In this document: in pieces, positions 48,931-59,600 of the stretch
Layout: the number at the start of each line of letters is the position of its first letter
Numbering within the stretch: position 1 is the first letter of the stretch
Origin: a virus
Length of the DNA stretch: 64,000 bases
IMG/VR virus record: IMGVR_UViG_3300042975_000098
Direction: 5' to 3' (one strand)
Notes under the pieces: model-generated
Told to the model about the DNA's origin: nothing
Databases searched by the model: none
What the model saw: only the letters and a program-made list of their open reading frames with translations
Made by a program: the position numbers and the translations under genes

Positions 48931-49884
48931 GTGATGATGGCAGATACGTTCATGAGGACCCCGTTCGTCTCGCATGATCAGCCGGATGCGGATGGCGTCC
49001 GCGCGGAGGTCATGGTGCAGACCGGCGTGGCCATGGTCGCGTCGGTGGACAGCAATGGCAAGAACGCCAAGGTGGAGCTGAAGGCCGATAACCAGAAGTA
49101 CACGGTGAAGACGTGGATGACCCCCGGCAACAAGGCGTTCGACATTCTCGATGACGCCTATAAGAACAACAAGCCCATCAACGTCCGCGTCGAGCAGCGC
49201 AGGCTGAAGAGGAACCGCGACACGAAGGAGCCGATTCTTCGCTCGACCCCCATCAGGGAGCTTCTCGTGGACCCCACGACCCATAAGCAGACGAACGACC
49301 TGGCCCGCCGCAACGCGGTGAAGACGCTGGTCGGCGTCGCTCCCGTGGACGGCGACATGGAGTTCACCGGCGAGGAGGTGACGCTGCCATCCGAGGACCC
49401 GCAGGAGGGTTCGCACGCCGGCGTCATGTCATCGAACCCGGTGACCTCGACGCCGCCCGCCGGCTACCATTCCGATGGCTATGAGGCCCAGCCGTGGAAG
49501 GGCACGAACAACGATGGCACCGTGAACGCCGGCGCGTATGGCGTGGGCGCGGCCGCCGGGTTCTACTTCCTCGCGTTGGAGCAGAACGCGAAGATCGGCG
49601 ACGCGCTGGCGAAGACGTTGGCGTCGAAGCTGATGGTGGTGTGCGATTACATGCAGAAGAAGGTGTATGACGGCCGTCAGGAGTACGCCGAGCGGAACGC
49701 CGCATCGCATCTTCGCGCGCGCGAGGTGGTCACCGAGGTCATCAAGAGCCGTCTGCAGATCACCGATGAGGTCCTTGCCTCCAGCGAGTCGCTGGGCGAG
49801 TGGCTGAAGAAGGTTCTCGCCGCCTCCGAGGAGATATACCAGTGGGCTTACGAGGATTACGGGAAGTCCATCGCCAACCGGTGA
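48931..49884 (+). CDS. Hypothetical protein
   Basis: 317 aa with AAGGAG SD and its own GGTATAAT promoter. Confidence 0.75.
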   Translation: MMMADTFMRTPFVSHDQPDADGVRAEVMVQTGVAMVASVDSNGKNAKVELKADNQKYTVKTWMTPGNKAFDILDDAYKNNKPINVRVEQRRLKRNRDTKEPILRSTPIRELLVDPTTHKQTNDLARRNAVKTLVGVAPVDGDMEFTGEEVTLPSEDPQEGSHAGVMSSNPVTSTPPAGYHSDGYEAQPWKGTNNDGTVNAGAYGVGAAAGFYFLALEQNAKIGDALAKTLASKLMVVCDYMQKKVYDGRQEYAERNAASHLRAREVVTEVIKSRLQITDEVLASSESLGEWLKKVLAASEEIYQWAYEDYGKSIANR

Positions 49885-49896
49885 TATTGTCATGCT

Positions 49897-49989
49897 GTCC
49901 AGTCGATGAGGATTACGAAGGTCCGCGCTCAACGGAGTCCGAGACCATAGTGCCTCACTATGAATGACCTTACTCATCGGCTGGATTTT
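49897..49989 (+). ncRNA. Candidate structured non-coding RNA (~90 nt)
   Basis: Begins exactly 8 nt after GATATT. It has a 14-bp terminal stem GTCCAGTCGATGAG/CTCATCGGCTGGAT, inner stem AAGGTC/GACCTT, hairpin CATAGTG-CCT-CACTATG, ends in TTTT and has no credible ORF. Confidence 0.6.
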
Positions 49990-49995
49990 CATTAC

Positions 49996-50035
49996 CAGTT
50001 CGGGGTCGGCGAATCACATCGTCGGCCCCGAACTG
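49996..50035 (+). terminator. 17-bp stem-loop
   Basis: CAGTTCGGGGTCGGCGA / TCGTCGGCCCCGAACTG, fully paired with two G-U pairs on the + strand. Confidence 0.7.
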
Positions 50036-50060
50036 TATGCGTGACGGTATAATGCCGGTC

Positions 50061-51068
50061 ATGACAAGACTCGTGACGATCAACTACGAAACGCTTTCCT
50101 ACGCCGAGCAGCGGGCATCCGACATCATGGACGAATGGGGCATCGACCGAGCGTCGCGCAGGCACACCGATGACGTCGTCAAGCGCCCCGGCCGCACGCT
50201 GTTCGGCCCGCCCATGGCGTGCGTGCTCACCATCAGGGACAAGTCGATGCTTGAGGCCGCCACCAGCGCCATGGCGGCGGAGGGAGCGGCGTTCGCGGGC
50301 GCCGGCGTGGTCATGCTCGCGTCGTTCCCCGAGAACACGAAGGCCATGAAGTCGTTCACGGCCGCCGTGCGCGAACTCGGCGGGGTGGCGGAGACGCCCA
50401 AGAAGAACCGCGACGGCGAGATAACCGCGATCATGTCGACCATACACCTCAACGCGAGGTCCGCCGAGTTCCTGCTATCCTACGTTGGCGGCGATTACGA
50501 GATACTGCTGCCGTTGGCGAAGTCGATAGCCGTGCTGCCGCGCGCCGAGCAGGAGGCGCTGACGGTCGACGACCTCATCGTCAGGCTTCCCGACCATCCG
50601 GGGGAGATAACGGTGTGGGGCGATTTCCGCAAGCATGAGCAGGGGCTTGACGATCTGATCATGGCCGGCGATCGCGGCGCCGCGCTCGCCCGTCTTCGTC
50701 GTATACTCGCGGGCGGCACGCAGCCGCTTGTCGTACTCGCGTTCCTCCGCAACCGGTTCGCCGCGATGTACCAGTTGAAGACGATGCTGGCCGCCGGTGT
50801 CGACGCCAGCACCGCGGCGGTCACGCTTGGCCTTCCCGACCCGGCATACAGCGGCAAGGGCCGTAAGGACCCGAAGACCGGTAAGAGCGGGTACCCCACC
50901 TTGAAGACGATACGCGCGCTCGGCGGCGCATCGGAGAGCGCGCTGACCAATGACATGAGGGAGTTCGTCAGGATCTCGGAGATCATGAAGGGGCAGCACC
51001 CCACCATACGCATGGATGCCGCTGATGCCCTGATCCACCTTGTGGCCACCATCACCATGGAAGGATGA
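50061..51068 (+). CDS. holA: DNA polymerase III delta subunit-like (clamp loader), divergent
   Basis: ~335 aa; RTLFGPP, AEFLLSYVGGD, GDRGAALARLRRIL...PLVVLAFL and C-terminal MKG follow the actinobacterial HolA pattern. Confidence 0.6.
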   Translation: MTRLVTINYETLSYAEQRASDIMDEWGIDRASRRHTDDVVKRPGRTLFGPPMACVLTIRDKSMLEAATSAMAAEGAAFAGAGVVMLASFPENTKAMKSFTAAVRELGGVAETPKKNRDGEITAIMSTIHLNARSAEFLLSYVGGDYEILLPLAKSIAVLPRAEQEALTVDDLIVRLPDHPGEITVWGDFRKHEQGLDDLIMAGDRGAALARLRRILAGGTQPLVVLAFLRNRFAAMYQLKTMLAAGVDASTAAVTLGLPDPAYSGKGRKDPKTGKSGYPTLKTIRALGGASESALTNDMREFVRISEIMKGQHPTIRMDAADALIHLVATITMEG

Positions 51069-51069
51069 C

Positions 51070-53286
51070 ATGCAGTTAGAGTTGGAATCCGTACACCTGC
51101 GGAACTTCAGAATACACGCCGATTACACATTCAAACCGGCTTCGACCGGCGTCACCGCCATCGTCGGCAAGAGCGGCCATGGCAAATCCACCATCACCGA
51201 CGGGCTCGCGTGGGCGCTGTTCGGCACGAAGCCGCACTCGACGGTCAAGTCGGACTCATGGCGGCGTCAGCTGGCCCCGGAATCCGAGCCATGCTACGTC
51301 GACGTGAGCATCAAGGTCAACGATCAGAAGGTTCGCATCAAGCGCAGCATCGTCAACATGTCCGGCGCGGCGCAATGCGAATGCTGGCTTGACGGCGAAC
51401 TGGTCGCCGGCCCGGCCGTGACCCATGCCGCGAAGTGGATCAGCAAGACGCTCGGCCTTGACGAGGACGGGTTCCTGTCCGCGGTATTCGTCCAGCAGAA
51501 GCAGTTGGAGACGATCGTCTCCGCATCGCCGACCGAACGGCGCACCATTCTGGAGAAGCTCACCGGAATCACCGCGGTGACGAAGGCCATGGACCTGGCT
51601 CATGACGAGGAGCGTGGCTACGCGAAGGTCGTCGGCACGCTGAGGACGGATGACACGAAGCTCCCATCACTGGAGAAGTCCATAGCCAAACTCACGAATC
51701 ACATGGCCGACCTCGAATCGGAGTCCGATGACATCGGCGCCCGCATGGCCAAGGCGAAGCAGGATGGCGTCGCCGCCCGCGAGCGGTTCGACGCGCTGGA
51801 CGATCAGCACACGAAGCTCGAATCCAGCCGGGCGCGCTTCGACACCATCGACAAGGAGTACTCGATGCTCTCGGACCGCCAGTCCGAACTGATGGACAAG
51901 CAGAAGGAGCTCAAGGCCGGGCTGCCGTCAACACCTGTTGACTCGGCCACCATCGCCAAGCTCGAATCCGATCTCGACGCGCTCGCCACCCGCCGCTCGC
52001 AGGCGGCGTCGATCGTGAACGACTGCCGCCGGCTGGTAGCGGCGCGGCCGACCGCCGGCGAACTGGCCGACCTCGAATCCAAGGCGAAGTCGGCCGCGGA
52101 GGCCGCGAACGCCGACGATGGCGACGCGCTGACCGCGGAGCATGACCGGGTGAAGTCCGAGCACGCCGTGGCGGCAAGCCAGCGGCGACAGTACGAGAAG
52201 TCGCTGAAGGCGTTCGAGTCCGGCGACGTGGGCATCTGCCCGACCTGCCTCCAGCCCATCAAGGATCTCGGTCACATCAGGAAGAGCCTTGATGACATGC
52301 GGACGCGCGAGATCGATGCGAAGTCGAGCATGAAGTCGCTGGAGAACCGCATCACGGAGCATGAAACCGCCGTGTCGGCATCGGCGACGGCGGCGGCGGC
52401 GCTGGCTGACGCACGCGAACGCGAGCGTGTCGGCTCCGATGCCGACGCGCGGCTCGTCGACGCGGACGCGGAGCTCCAGACGGTGAAGGCCGAGGAGAAG
52501 GCCGTGCGGCGCACGTTGTCCGGCGTGGATTCCGATCGCGTGAAACAGCGAAACTATGATGACGTTATCGCCGAGTTCGATCGCGTGGCCCGCAGGCTGT
52601 CATCGGTGGCGGCTTCGCGTTCGGCGTTGTCCAAGGAGATCAAGGAGGTCGGCGCCGGGTTCACCGATGCCAGGCTCGAACGCGCGCGCAAGGCCATAGA
52701 CAAGGCGAGGGCGTCCTATAACGAACTGGAGCGGCGGTCGATCAAGATGGATGGTGAGCGCAGTCTGACCGAGGAGAAACTCGACCGGGCCGTCGAGACG
52801 AAGAAGAGCATCGAGGAGCAGATCGAGCAGAAGCGCGACATGCTCAGGAAGCTTGAGGTGGCCACCGGTTCGACATCTGTGCTGTCCGGCTTCCGCCAGT
52901 ACATGATACTCAATTCCATCCCGCAGATCACCGATTACGCGTCCGACCTCATCACGAAGATCACGGACGGCGCGTTCACGCAGATCGACATCGACAGCAA
53001 GTTCAACATGTCCGTGACCACCGGGGACGGCGTTGCCCGAGGGGTGGGGCTGCTGTCGGGCGGCGAGCGCGACGTGGTGGCCCTGTGCATGAGGCTTGCC
53101 ATATCCACGTTGCTCAGCGGCGGCTCGCCATCGCTCATCATACTCGACGAACCCGTCACCGCGCAGGACGACGACCGCACGGAGGCGGCGCTGGCGGCCA
53201 TTCGCGACATGCGCATCGGGCAGACCATCATCATCGCCCACAACGAGATAGTGAAGTCCATCGCGGATAACGTGGTGGAACTGTAG
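51070..53286 (+). CDS. sbcC: SbcC/Rad50 SMC-like ATPase
   Basis: LRNFRIH, GKSGHGKST, Q-loop FVQQ, CPTC zinc hook, LSGGE, ILDEP and IIAH. Confidence 0.9.
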   Translation: MQLELESVHLRNFRIHADYTFKPASTGVTAIVGKSGHGKSTITDGLAWALFGTKPHSTVKSDSWRRQLAPESEPCYVDVSIKVNDQKVRIKRSIVNMSGAAQCECWLDGELVAGPAVTHAAKWISKTLGLDEDGFLSAVFVQQKQLETIVSASPTERRTILEKLTGITAVTKAMDLAHDEERGYAKVVGTLRTDDTKLPSLEKSIAKLTNHMADLESESDDIGARMAKAKQDGVAARERFDALDDQHTKLESSRARFDTIDKEYSMLSDRQSELMDKQKELKAGLPSTPVDSATIAKLESDLDALATRRSQAASIVNDCRRLVAARPTAGELADLESKAKSAAEAANADDGDALTAEHDRVKSEHAVAASQRRQYEKSLKAFESGDVGICPTCLQPIKDLGHIRKSLDDMRTREIDAKSSMKSLENRITEHETAVSASATAAAALADARERERVGSDADARLVDADAELQTVKAEEKAVRRTLSGVDSDRVKQRNYDDVIAEFDRVARRLSSVAASRSALSKEIKEVGAGFTDARLERARKAIDKARASYNELERRSIKMDGERSLTEEKLDRAVETKKSIEEQIEQKRDMLRKLEVATGSTSVLSGFRQYMILNSIPQITDYASDLITKITDGAFTQIDIDSKFNMSVTTGDGVARGVGLLSGGERDVVALCMRLAISTLLSGGSPSLIILDEPVTAQDDDRTEAALAAIRDMRIGQTIIIAHNEIVKSIADNVVEL

Positions 53287-53331
53287 TCGATATTCCGACG
53301 ACCTGATAACCAGCAGGGGAGGCGACCGGGC

Positions 53332-54334
53332 ATGGCCGATGCGAAGAGCGAAACGGGCAAGAGGAAGAAGAAGATACTCGACCTGAACGCGTCGAGGGTG
53401 GCGGCGACCGCCATCGCCTCGATAACCACCTCCATCATCGCGTCAAGGCTGACCACCACGGTGAACAGCCTGATAGCGCTCGCCATCGTGTCCGTGATCT
53501 CCACGCTGTCCATCGAAGTGTACTCGCGTGTCCTCCACGGCACCCGGAAGGTCGCGGTGAAGACGGCGGCGCTGATCCCGTACTCACGGATACTGCCGGA
53601 TGGCATGGCCGATTCCATCAACGCGCGGTTGGAGCACGCCCTCGATGACACCGCGGGGTCGATGCCGGCCATCGTCGGCGCGGAGCCGCCGACCGCCGAC
53701 ATCGAGAGACCGGCCGATGTCGATTCGCCGGCAACCGCGGCCGGCGATGACGCCGCCGTGCTGGTCGGACCCGATGGCGCCGCCGCGGTGGTGAAGGCCG
53801 AGACCGCCTGCCGGCGATGATGACGATCACGGCGAGCGCATCGGCAGGATCACGCAGACGGTGCTTCTGTTCGTGGTGGTGGCGCTGATGACGATACTCG
53901 GCAGCGGCATCGTGTCGTCGATGATACAGAAGCCGACCACGGAGACGAACGTGTACCCGAGGACGTCGCTGTCGACCGAGGACACCCGTAAGATCATCGA
54001 CTCGGCGTCGGCGTCCGCGGCCGACAAGGTGAACGCCGCGCAGTCGACGACCGATGCGCGGGTGTCGGCGCTGTCGGACAGGATATCGGCGCTGGAGTCG
54101 AAGCTGGATTCGCTGGAGTCCGCCGCTAGCGGCAAGCCATCCACGCCGACCGCGAGCGCGTCGCCATCACCGAGCGCGTCGGCGTCGCCGCCCGCATCGT
54201 CGGCGCCTACGCAGCAGCCATCGGGGGCGAGCGAGGCCGATCTGGAGGCGCTGCGCAAGCAGGTGAACGATCTGAAGGCCGAGGTGGACGAGTTGAAGGC
54301 CGCCGGCGCCACATCCACGGAGACGCAGAAGTAG
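53332..54334 (+). CDS. Hypothetical membrane protein; probable +1 frameshift near 53800-53810
   Basis: 53332-53820 and 53861-54334 join as ...KAET-(P/A)AGDDDDHGERIGRITQTVLLF... if one C is removed. The second ORF has no SD. Confidence 0.55.
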
Positions 54335-54510
54335 AACGTGCCGCTCAGACGCGCGTTAAGGGGTCATAGGCGGCATTTGCCGTCATACGGGTGTAATCTC
54401 ACCGGCAGTGGCCGAAGGCACGCTGGCGCCCGCCAGCGAGCGATTCCGTTGTCGGTCTGGCGGCTTGGGTTTCTGGTATAATAAAATCACATGAAAGTAG
54501 AAGGAGCATT

Positions 54511-56649
54511 ATGACGAAGAAGGCGGAGGAGTATTCGGCTGACACCCTGCTCACCCTTGATGACCGTACCCATCTGATCAAGCGCATGGGCCTCACATTC
54601 GGCCCGGAGGGGACGAACCCGGATTATCCGTACTCGCAGCAGAAGACGGTGGCGGTCAGGGAGATCATCGATAACTCCACCGATGAGATCCGCTCCGGGT
54701 ACGGTTCGCACGTCAGGCTGACCATCAGGGCCGATCATGGCGTGGAGGTCATGGATTCCGGTCGCGGCATCCCCGTGGACGTGAACCACACCACGCATGA
54801 GTCCGGCATCTACATGTCGCTCGGCAAGACGCAATCCGGCGGCAAGTTCTCCACGGATTCCAACCGGTTCACCAGCGGGTTGAACGGCGTCGGCGGCGGT
54901 TCGGTGGCGTTGGTGTCGCAGGCCATGTTCGTGACGGTGTACCGCGCCGGCAAACGGTACTCGCTGGACTTCCATAACGGTCTGCCCGGGTTCTTCGCCA
55001 AGTACGGCGACCCGACGTCGAAGTTCACGTCGCTGAAGGACATGGGCAAGGACAACTCCTACCTGAAGGTGGAGAAGGACACCCGGCCGGCGTCGGTCCG
55101 CAAGGACTACAAGACCGGAACGACCGTGCTGTTCTGGCTGGACGACAGCGCGTTCGTCAGCTCGAAGCCGATCGATGACCTTGACCTGGTGAACCGTCTG
55201 AAGTTCACGGCGTTCCTCACGCCCGAACTGTCGGCGGAGGCCATCGACGAGTGCCATCCCGTTGACGGCGAGCCGCTCCGCGAACAGTTCCATTACCCCG
55301 ACGGCATCGTGAGCATGGTGGATTACCTGGCTCCGAACGACAAGCTCATCCCCATCCAGCACATCGTCACCGAGGGGCATTACGTCGAGCAGGCGAACGT
55401 GCTCACCCCGGACGGCAGTCGCGAGCGGGTCGTCAAGAAGCCGGTCGAGCGCCGCATACCCATCGAGGTCGCGTGGACATACTCGCCCGACGCGTCCAAG
55501 GACCGTGACTACCGCATGGAATCGTTCGTGAACTCCATCTACACGAAGCTCGGCGGCGTTCACGAGAAGGCGTTCGAGCGCGCGCTGGTGAAGTCGTTCG
55601 TACCGAACATGAAGCCCTCGCAGGGGCTGAAGAAGGCCGACGAGCCGCCTCGCATCGACGATTTCATGGAGGGCATGACCGTGGTCCTGTCCGTCCAGCA
55701 ATCCGAGCCCATGTTCGACTCGCAGGCCAAGGAGTCGCTGTCGGGCTCGGAGAACCAGAAGGCCATACAGGCGGCGCTGGAGCGATCGTTCACCGAGTGG
55801 ATCGAGACGCGGAAGAACAAGGAGCCGTTCGACCTGATGGCCCGCAAGGTCATCCAGGCGTCGCAGGTGCGCCAGCACGCCGAGGAGCAACGGCAGCTGA
55901 AGCGCAAGGCGAACGCCATCGCGTCATCGTCCATGCCATCGAAGCTCAAGGACTGCGAGTTCGCCGGCAGCGAGGGCACCGAACTGCTCATCTGCGAGGG
56001 CGATTCCGCGTCCGGCGCGCTGACGGCCGCGCGCGACGCGCAGTACCAGGCGGTGCTGCCGGTTCGAGGCAAGGGCATCAACGCCGCCAAGGCATCCGCG
56101 GCCCGGCTCATGGCCAACGAGGAGGTCCAGTTCATGATCAAGGCGCTCGGCGCCGGGTGGGGCAAGGACTTCCAGCTCGACAAGATGCGCTACTCGCGCG
56201 TCATCTTCGCCACCGATGCCGATGATGACGGGTACCATATTCAGGACCTTCTGCTCATCATCTTCTGGACGCTGTTCAAACCAGCCGTCCTCGACGGCCG
56301 CGTGTTCGTCGCGGTGCCGCCGTTGTACGAGGTGACCAGCAGGAGCGGCGATCTCATCACGACGCTGGTGACTCCGGCCGACTTGGAGGAGTTCAAGCAC
56401 AAGCAGGATAACGCCGGCAAGAAGCCGGGTTCTGATTACCTGGTCGACCGCACCAAGGGTCTTGGCCAGAACGACGCCGAGGTGCTGTGGGAGACCATGC
56501 TGAACCCGTTGAACCGGGTGCTCAAGCAGATCGATGCGAAGGACATCGAGGCAATCCAGTCGGCCCTCGCCGTGACGAACGGCAGTGACGTGTCAATAAG
56601 GAAGAACTGGATCGAATCGACGGCCGGCACCATCGAGGACGAGGACTGA
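54511..56649 (+). CDS. gyrB: Type IIA topoisomerase subunit B (GyrB/ParE)
   Basis: EIIDNSTDE, DSGRGIP, SGGKF, GLNGVG, EGDSA, PVRGK, TDADDDGYHI and KGLG. GyrB and ParE cannot be separated by eye. Confidence 0.88.
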   Translation: MTKKAEEYSADTLLTLDDRTHLIKRMGLTFGPEGTNPDYPYSQQKTVAVREIIDNSTDEIRSGYGSHVRLTIRADHGVEVMDSGRGIPVDVNHTTHESGIYMSLGKTQSGGKFSTDSNRFTSGLNGVGGGSVALVSQAMFVTVYRAGKRYSLDFHNGLPGFFAKYGDPTSKFTSLKDMGKDNSYLKVEKDTRPASVRKDYKTGTTVLFWLDDSAFVSSKPIDDLDLVNRLKFTAFLTPELSAEAIDECHPVDGEPLREQFHYPDGIVSMVDYLAPNDKLIPIQHIVTEGHYVEQANVLTPDGSRERVVKKPVERRIPIEVAWTYSPDASKDRDYRMESFVNSIYTKLGGVHEKAFERALVKSFVPNMKPSQGLKKADEPPRIDDFMEGMTVVLSVQQSEPMFDSQAKESLSGSENQKAIQAALERSFTEWIETRKNKEPFDLMARKVIQASQVRQHAEEQRQLKRKANAIASSSMPSKLKDCEFAGSEGTELLICEGDSASGALTAARDAQYQAVLPVRGKGINAAKASAARLMANEEVQFMIKALGAGWGKDFQLDKMRYSRVIFATDADDDGYHIQDLLLIIFWTLFKPAVLDGRVFVAVPPLYEVTSRSGDLITTLVTPADLEEFKHKQDNAGKKPGSDYLVDRTKGLGQNDAEVLWETMLNPLNRVLKQIDAKDIEAIQSALAVTNGSDVSIRKNWIESTAGTIEDED

Positions 56650-56693
56650 ACGACGTCGCCAGCGGTATGATGACAGCGGAGGCATAAACACAC

Positions 56694-59600
56694 ATGGACG
56701 GTTTCGTCAATCTTCACAACCACTCGGAGTACTCGCTGCTGGACGGGTTCTCCCACGTGGACGAGTACATCCACCGCGCGTGGTCGCTTGGCCAGGACGC
56801 CGTGGGTCTGACCGACCACGGCAACCTCCATGGCGTATACCAGCTTGTCTCGCGCGCGCTGGCGTCAAGCCATGTCGCCGACGGCAACGGACGGCCGCAG
56901 GAGCCGGTGTACGTGAAGCCGATACCGGGCGTGGAGGCGTACATGGCCCCGCTGAACCCTCTCGGCGCCAAGGTGCGCAAACCGGTGTACTACGGCACGC
57001 CAAGCCAGCGGCACATGGACGTCTCCGCCCGCGGGTCGTACCTTCACCTCACGCTGCTCGCGCAGAACGACACGGGATGGCATAACCTCATCAAACTGGT
57101 GACGGCCGGCAGCACCCCCGAGACGTTCCGCCAGCACCCCCGCATCGACATGGACATGCTGGCCCGGTATGCGGATGGTCTCATCGCGTTCACCGGCTGC
57201 CCGTCAGGAGAGATCGCCACGAGGTTCAGGCTCGGGCAGGATGACAAGGCCTACGAGTACGCGCGCCGCATGAAGGACCTGTTCCCCGGCCGCTACTACG
57301 TCGAGGTCATGAACCACCGGATGAAGTCCGACATCGAACGGGTCGTGCTCGGCAAGCTGCGCAGGATGTCCGATGACCTGTCCATCCCGCTGGTGGTGAC
57401 GAACGACTGCCATTACGCCATGCCCGAGGACGCGAAGCACCAGGAGGAGATGCTGGCCGCGCAGTCGAACGCGAGCATGCTGGACGCGGCCACCTATGAC
57501 GGCGGCCCCAGGTTCGCGTTCGACAGCCACCAGTACTACATGAAGTCCGCCGATGACATGCTGAAGCTGTTCCCGGAGTCCGAATGGCCGAACGCCGTCG
57601 CCGACGCCATCGCCATCCGTGACGGCGTTCACGTGAACCCGGATGATGACATGTCCGGTCGCATCGCCGACGGGCTGGCGGCCGCCGTCATGACCGGCTC
57701 CGGCGTGGCCGACGACGTGGTGTCGCTGGTGTCCATGCTGGGCGAGCGCATGACAGGCGAGGGCATACTGCGACGCTGCGCCGACGCCGGCGTGGCCGAG
57801 GGCGGCGCCGACGCGAGCACGGTTGGTCGGCGGGCGCTGGCGCTGTTCACGCCCGATGACGGCATCGACATCAAGCTGCGTCATGACCTCAGACCGGTGG
57901 TCCCGGTCCCCGATGGCGAGACCGAGGAGTCGATGTTCCAGAAGCAGATCAACGCGGGGTTCAAACGCAAGTACGTGGATGAGAAGGCCGACCCGGCGAT
58001 CATGGTCGAGGCGAAGAAGCGCATCGCGCACGAGTACCCGGTGTTCGCGAACAACAACTTCATCCAGTACATGCTCGTCGTCGCCGATTACATCAACAAG
58101 GCCCGCGAGATGGGCGTCAGCGTCGGCCGCGGCCGAGGAAGCGCTGGCGGCAGCATCATCGCGTACCTCATGGACATCGTTCGAGTGGATCCGATTAAGA
58201 ACAATCTGATCTTCGAGCGCTTCCTGAACCCCGAACGCTTGTCGCCACCCGACGTGGACACCGATTTCGCGTCATCGCGCAAGAACGACGTGCTCCAGTA
58301 CGTGCAGCGCAAGTACGGTAACGACAAGATATCCAACGTCATCGTCTTCACCACGTTCAAACCACGCACCGCATGGTCGGACATGGCGAGGATATACCGC
58401 ATCCCCATCTACGAGTCGAATCGCGTCAAGGGCCTCATACCGGAGGAGAAGGACATGACCCTGGCCTCGCTGTTCGACCGGAATAGCAAGTTCTACGACA
58501 AGGCCGCCGATTTCCGCGAGGCCGTGAAGGCGTACCCGCAGGTATTGGAGGCTGCGTTGGCGATAGAGGGCAGGGTGAAGACCACCACCATCCACCCGTG
58601 CGCCGTCATCATGGCCGACGTGCCGATCTCAGACGTGGCCCCGCTGGCATGGCGCCCGAAGCCCAAGGACCCATGGGGCGACTGGTATACGCAGTGGACG
58701 TACCAGGAGTGCGAGGCCCTTGGCCTCATCAAGATGGACTTCCTGTCGCTCATCGATCTCGACATCATCTCGTGGACGGTCGCCAACATCAAGAAGACCC
58801 GCGGCATCGACATATCCATGGAGGATGTCGTCAAGAACATGGATGACAAGCCCACGTATGACATGCTCGGTCGCGGCGACACGCTCGGCGTGTTCCAGAT
58901 GGGAAGCAGCAACTTCCAGGACCTCATGATACGCATGAAGCCTACCAGATTCGATGACATCTCCGCTGGCGTCGCTTTGTACCGACCGGGCCCGATGGAT
59001 ATGGGAGCCCACATCGCCTACGCGGACGCGAAGAACGGCCGGATCAAGCCCGAACTGCTCGACCCCTCGTTCAAGGACACCGCCATCGACCGCATTCTCG
59101 CGCCGACATACCAGAAGATCGTGTACCAGGAGCAGGTCATGCAGATATCGCAGCAGGCCGCAGGGTTCACCATGGGGCAGGCTGACGTGCTCCGCAAGGC
59201 CATGGGGCACAAGAAGCCGGAGACCATGGCGGCCATGCGCACCAAGTTCGTGAACGGATGCGTCGCCAACGGTTACGAGCGCGGTGCCGTCGAGAAGCTG
59301 TGGGGGTTCATCGAGGAGTTCTCGGCCTATGCGTTCAACAAGGCGCACTCGGCCGCGTACGGGCAGGTGTCCTACATGACCGCGTGGCTGAAATGCCACT
59401 ACCCGGCGGAGTTCATGAGCGCCTTCATGAGCGCCCACATCAAGGAGAAGTCGAAGCTCTCCGAGTTCGTTGATGACTGCGGCGCCATCGGGCTCAAGGT
59501 CTCCGGTATCGACATCAACGAATCCGAGGGCAAGATGACGCCCGTGAGAAAGACCGCGCCGGACTCGCCGGACATCGTGTTCGGGCTTGAGGGGCTGAAC

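Noticed and set aside
49917-49972. tRNA (an arm with CCT in a 7-nt loop, and GCTCAA resembling a D-arm)
   Set aside because: No TTC T-loop, no U33, and no proper acceptor stem or CCA; kept only as an unclassified ncRNA candidate.
57635-57865. Intein in DnaE (or in DnaB/GyrB)
   Set aside because: No N-terminal Cys/Ser block, no His-Asn terminus and no LAGLIDADG motifs; protein lengths are near normal.
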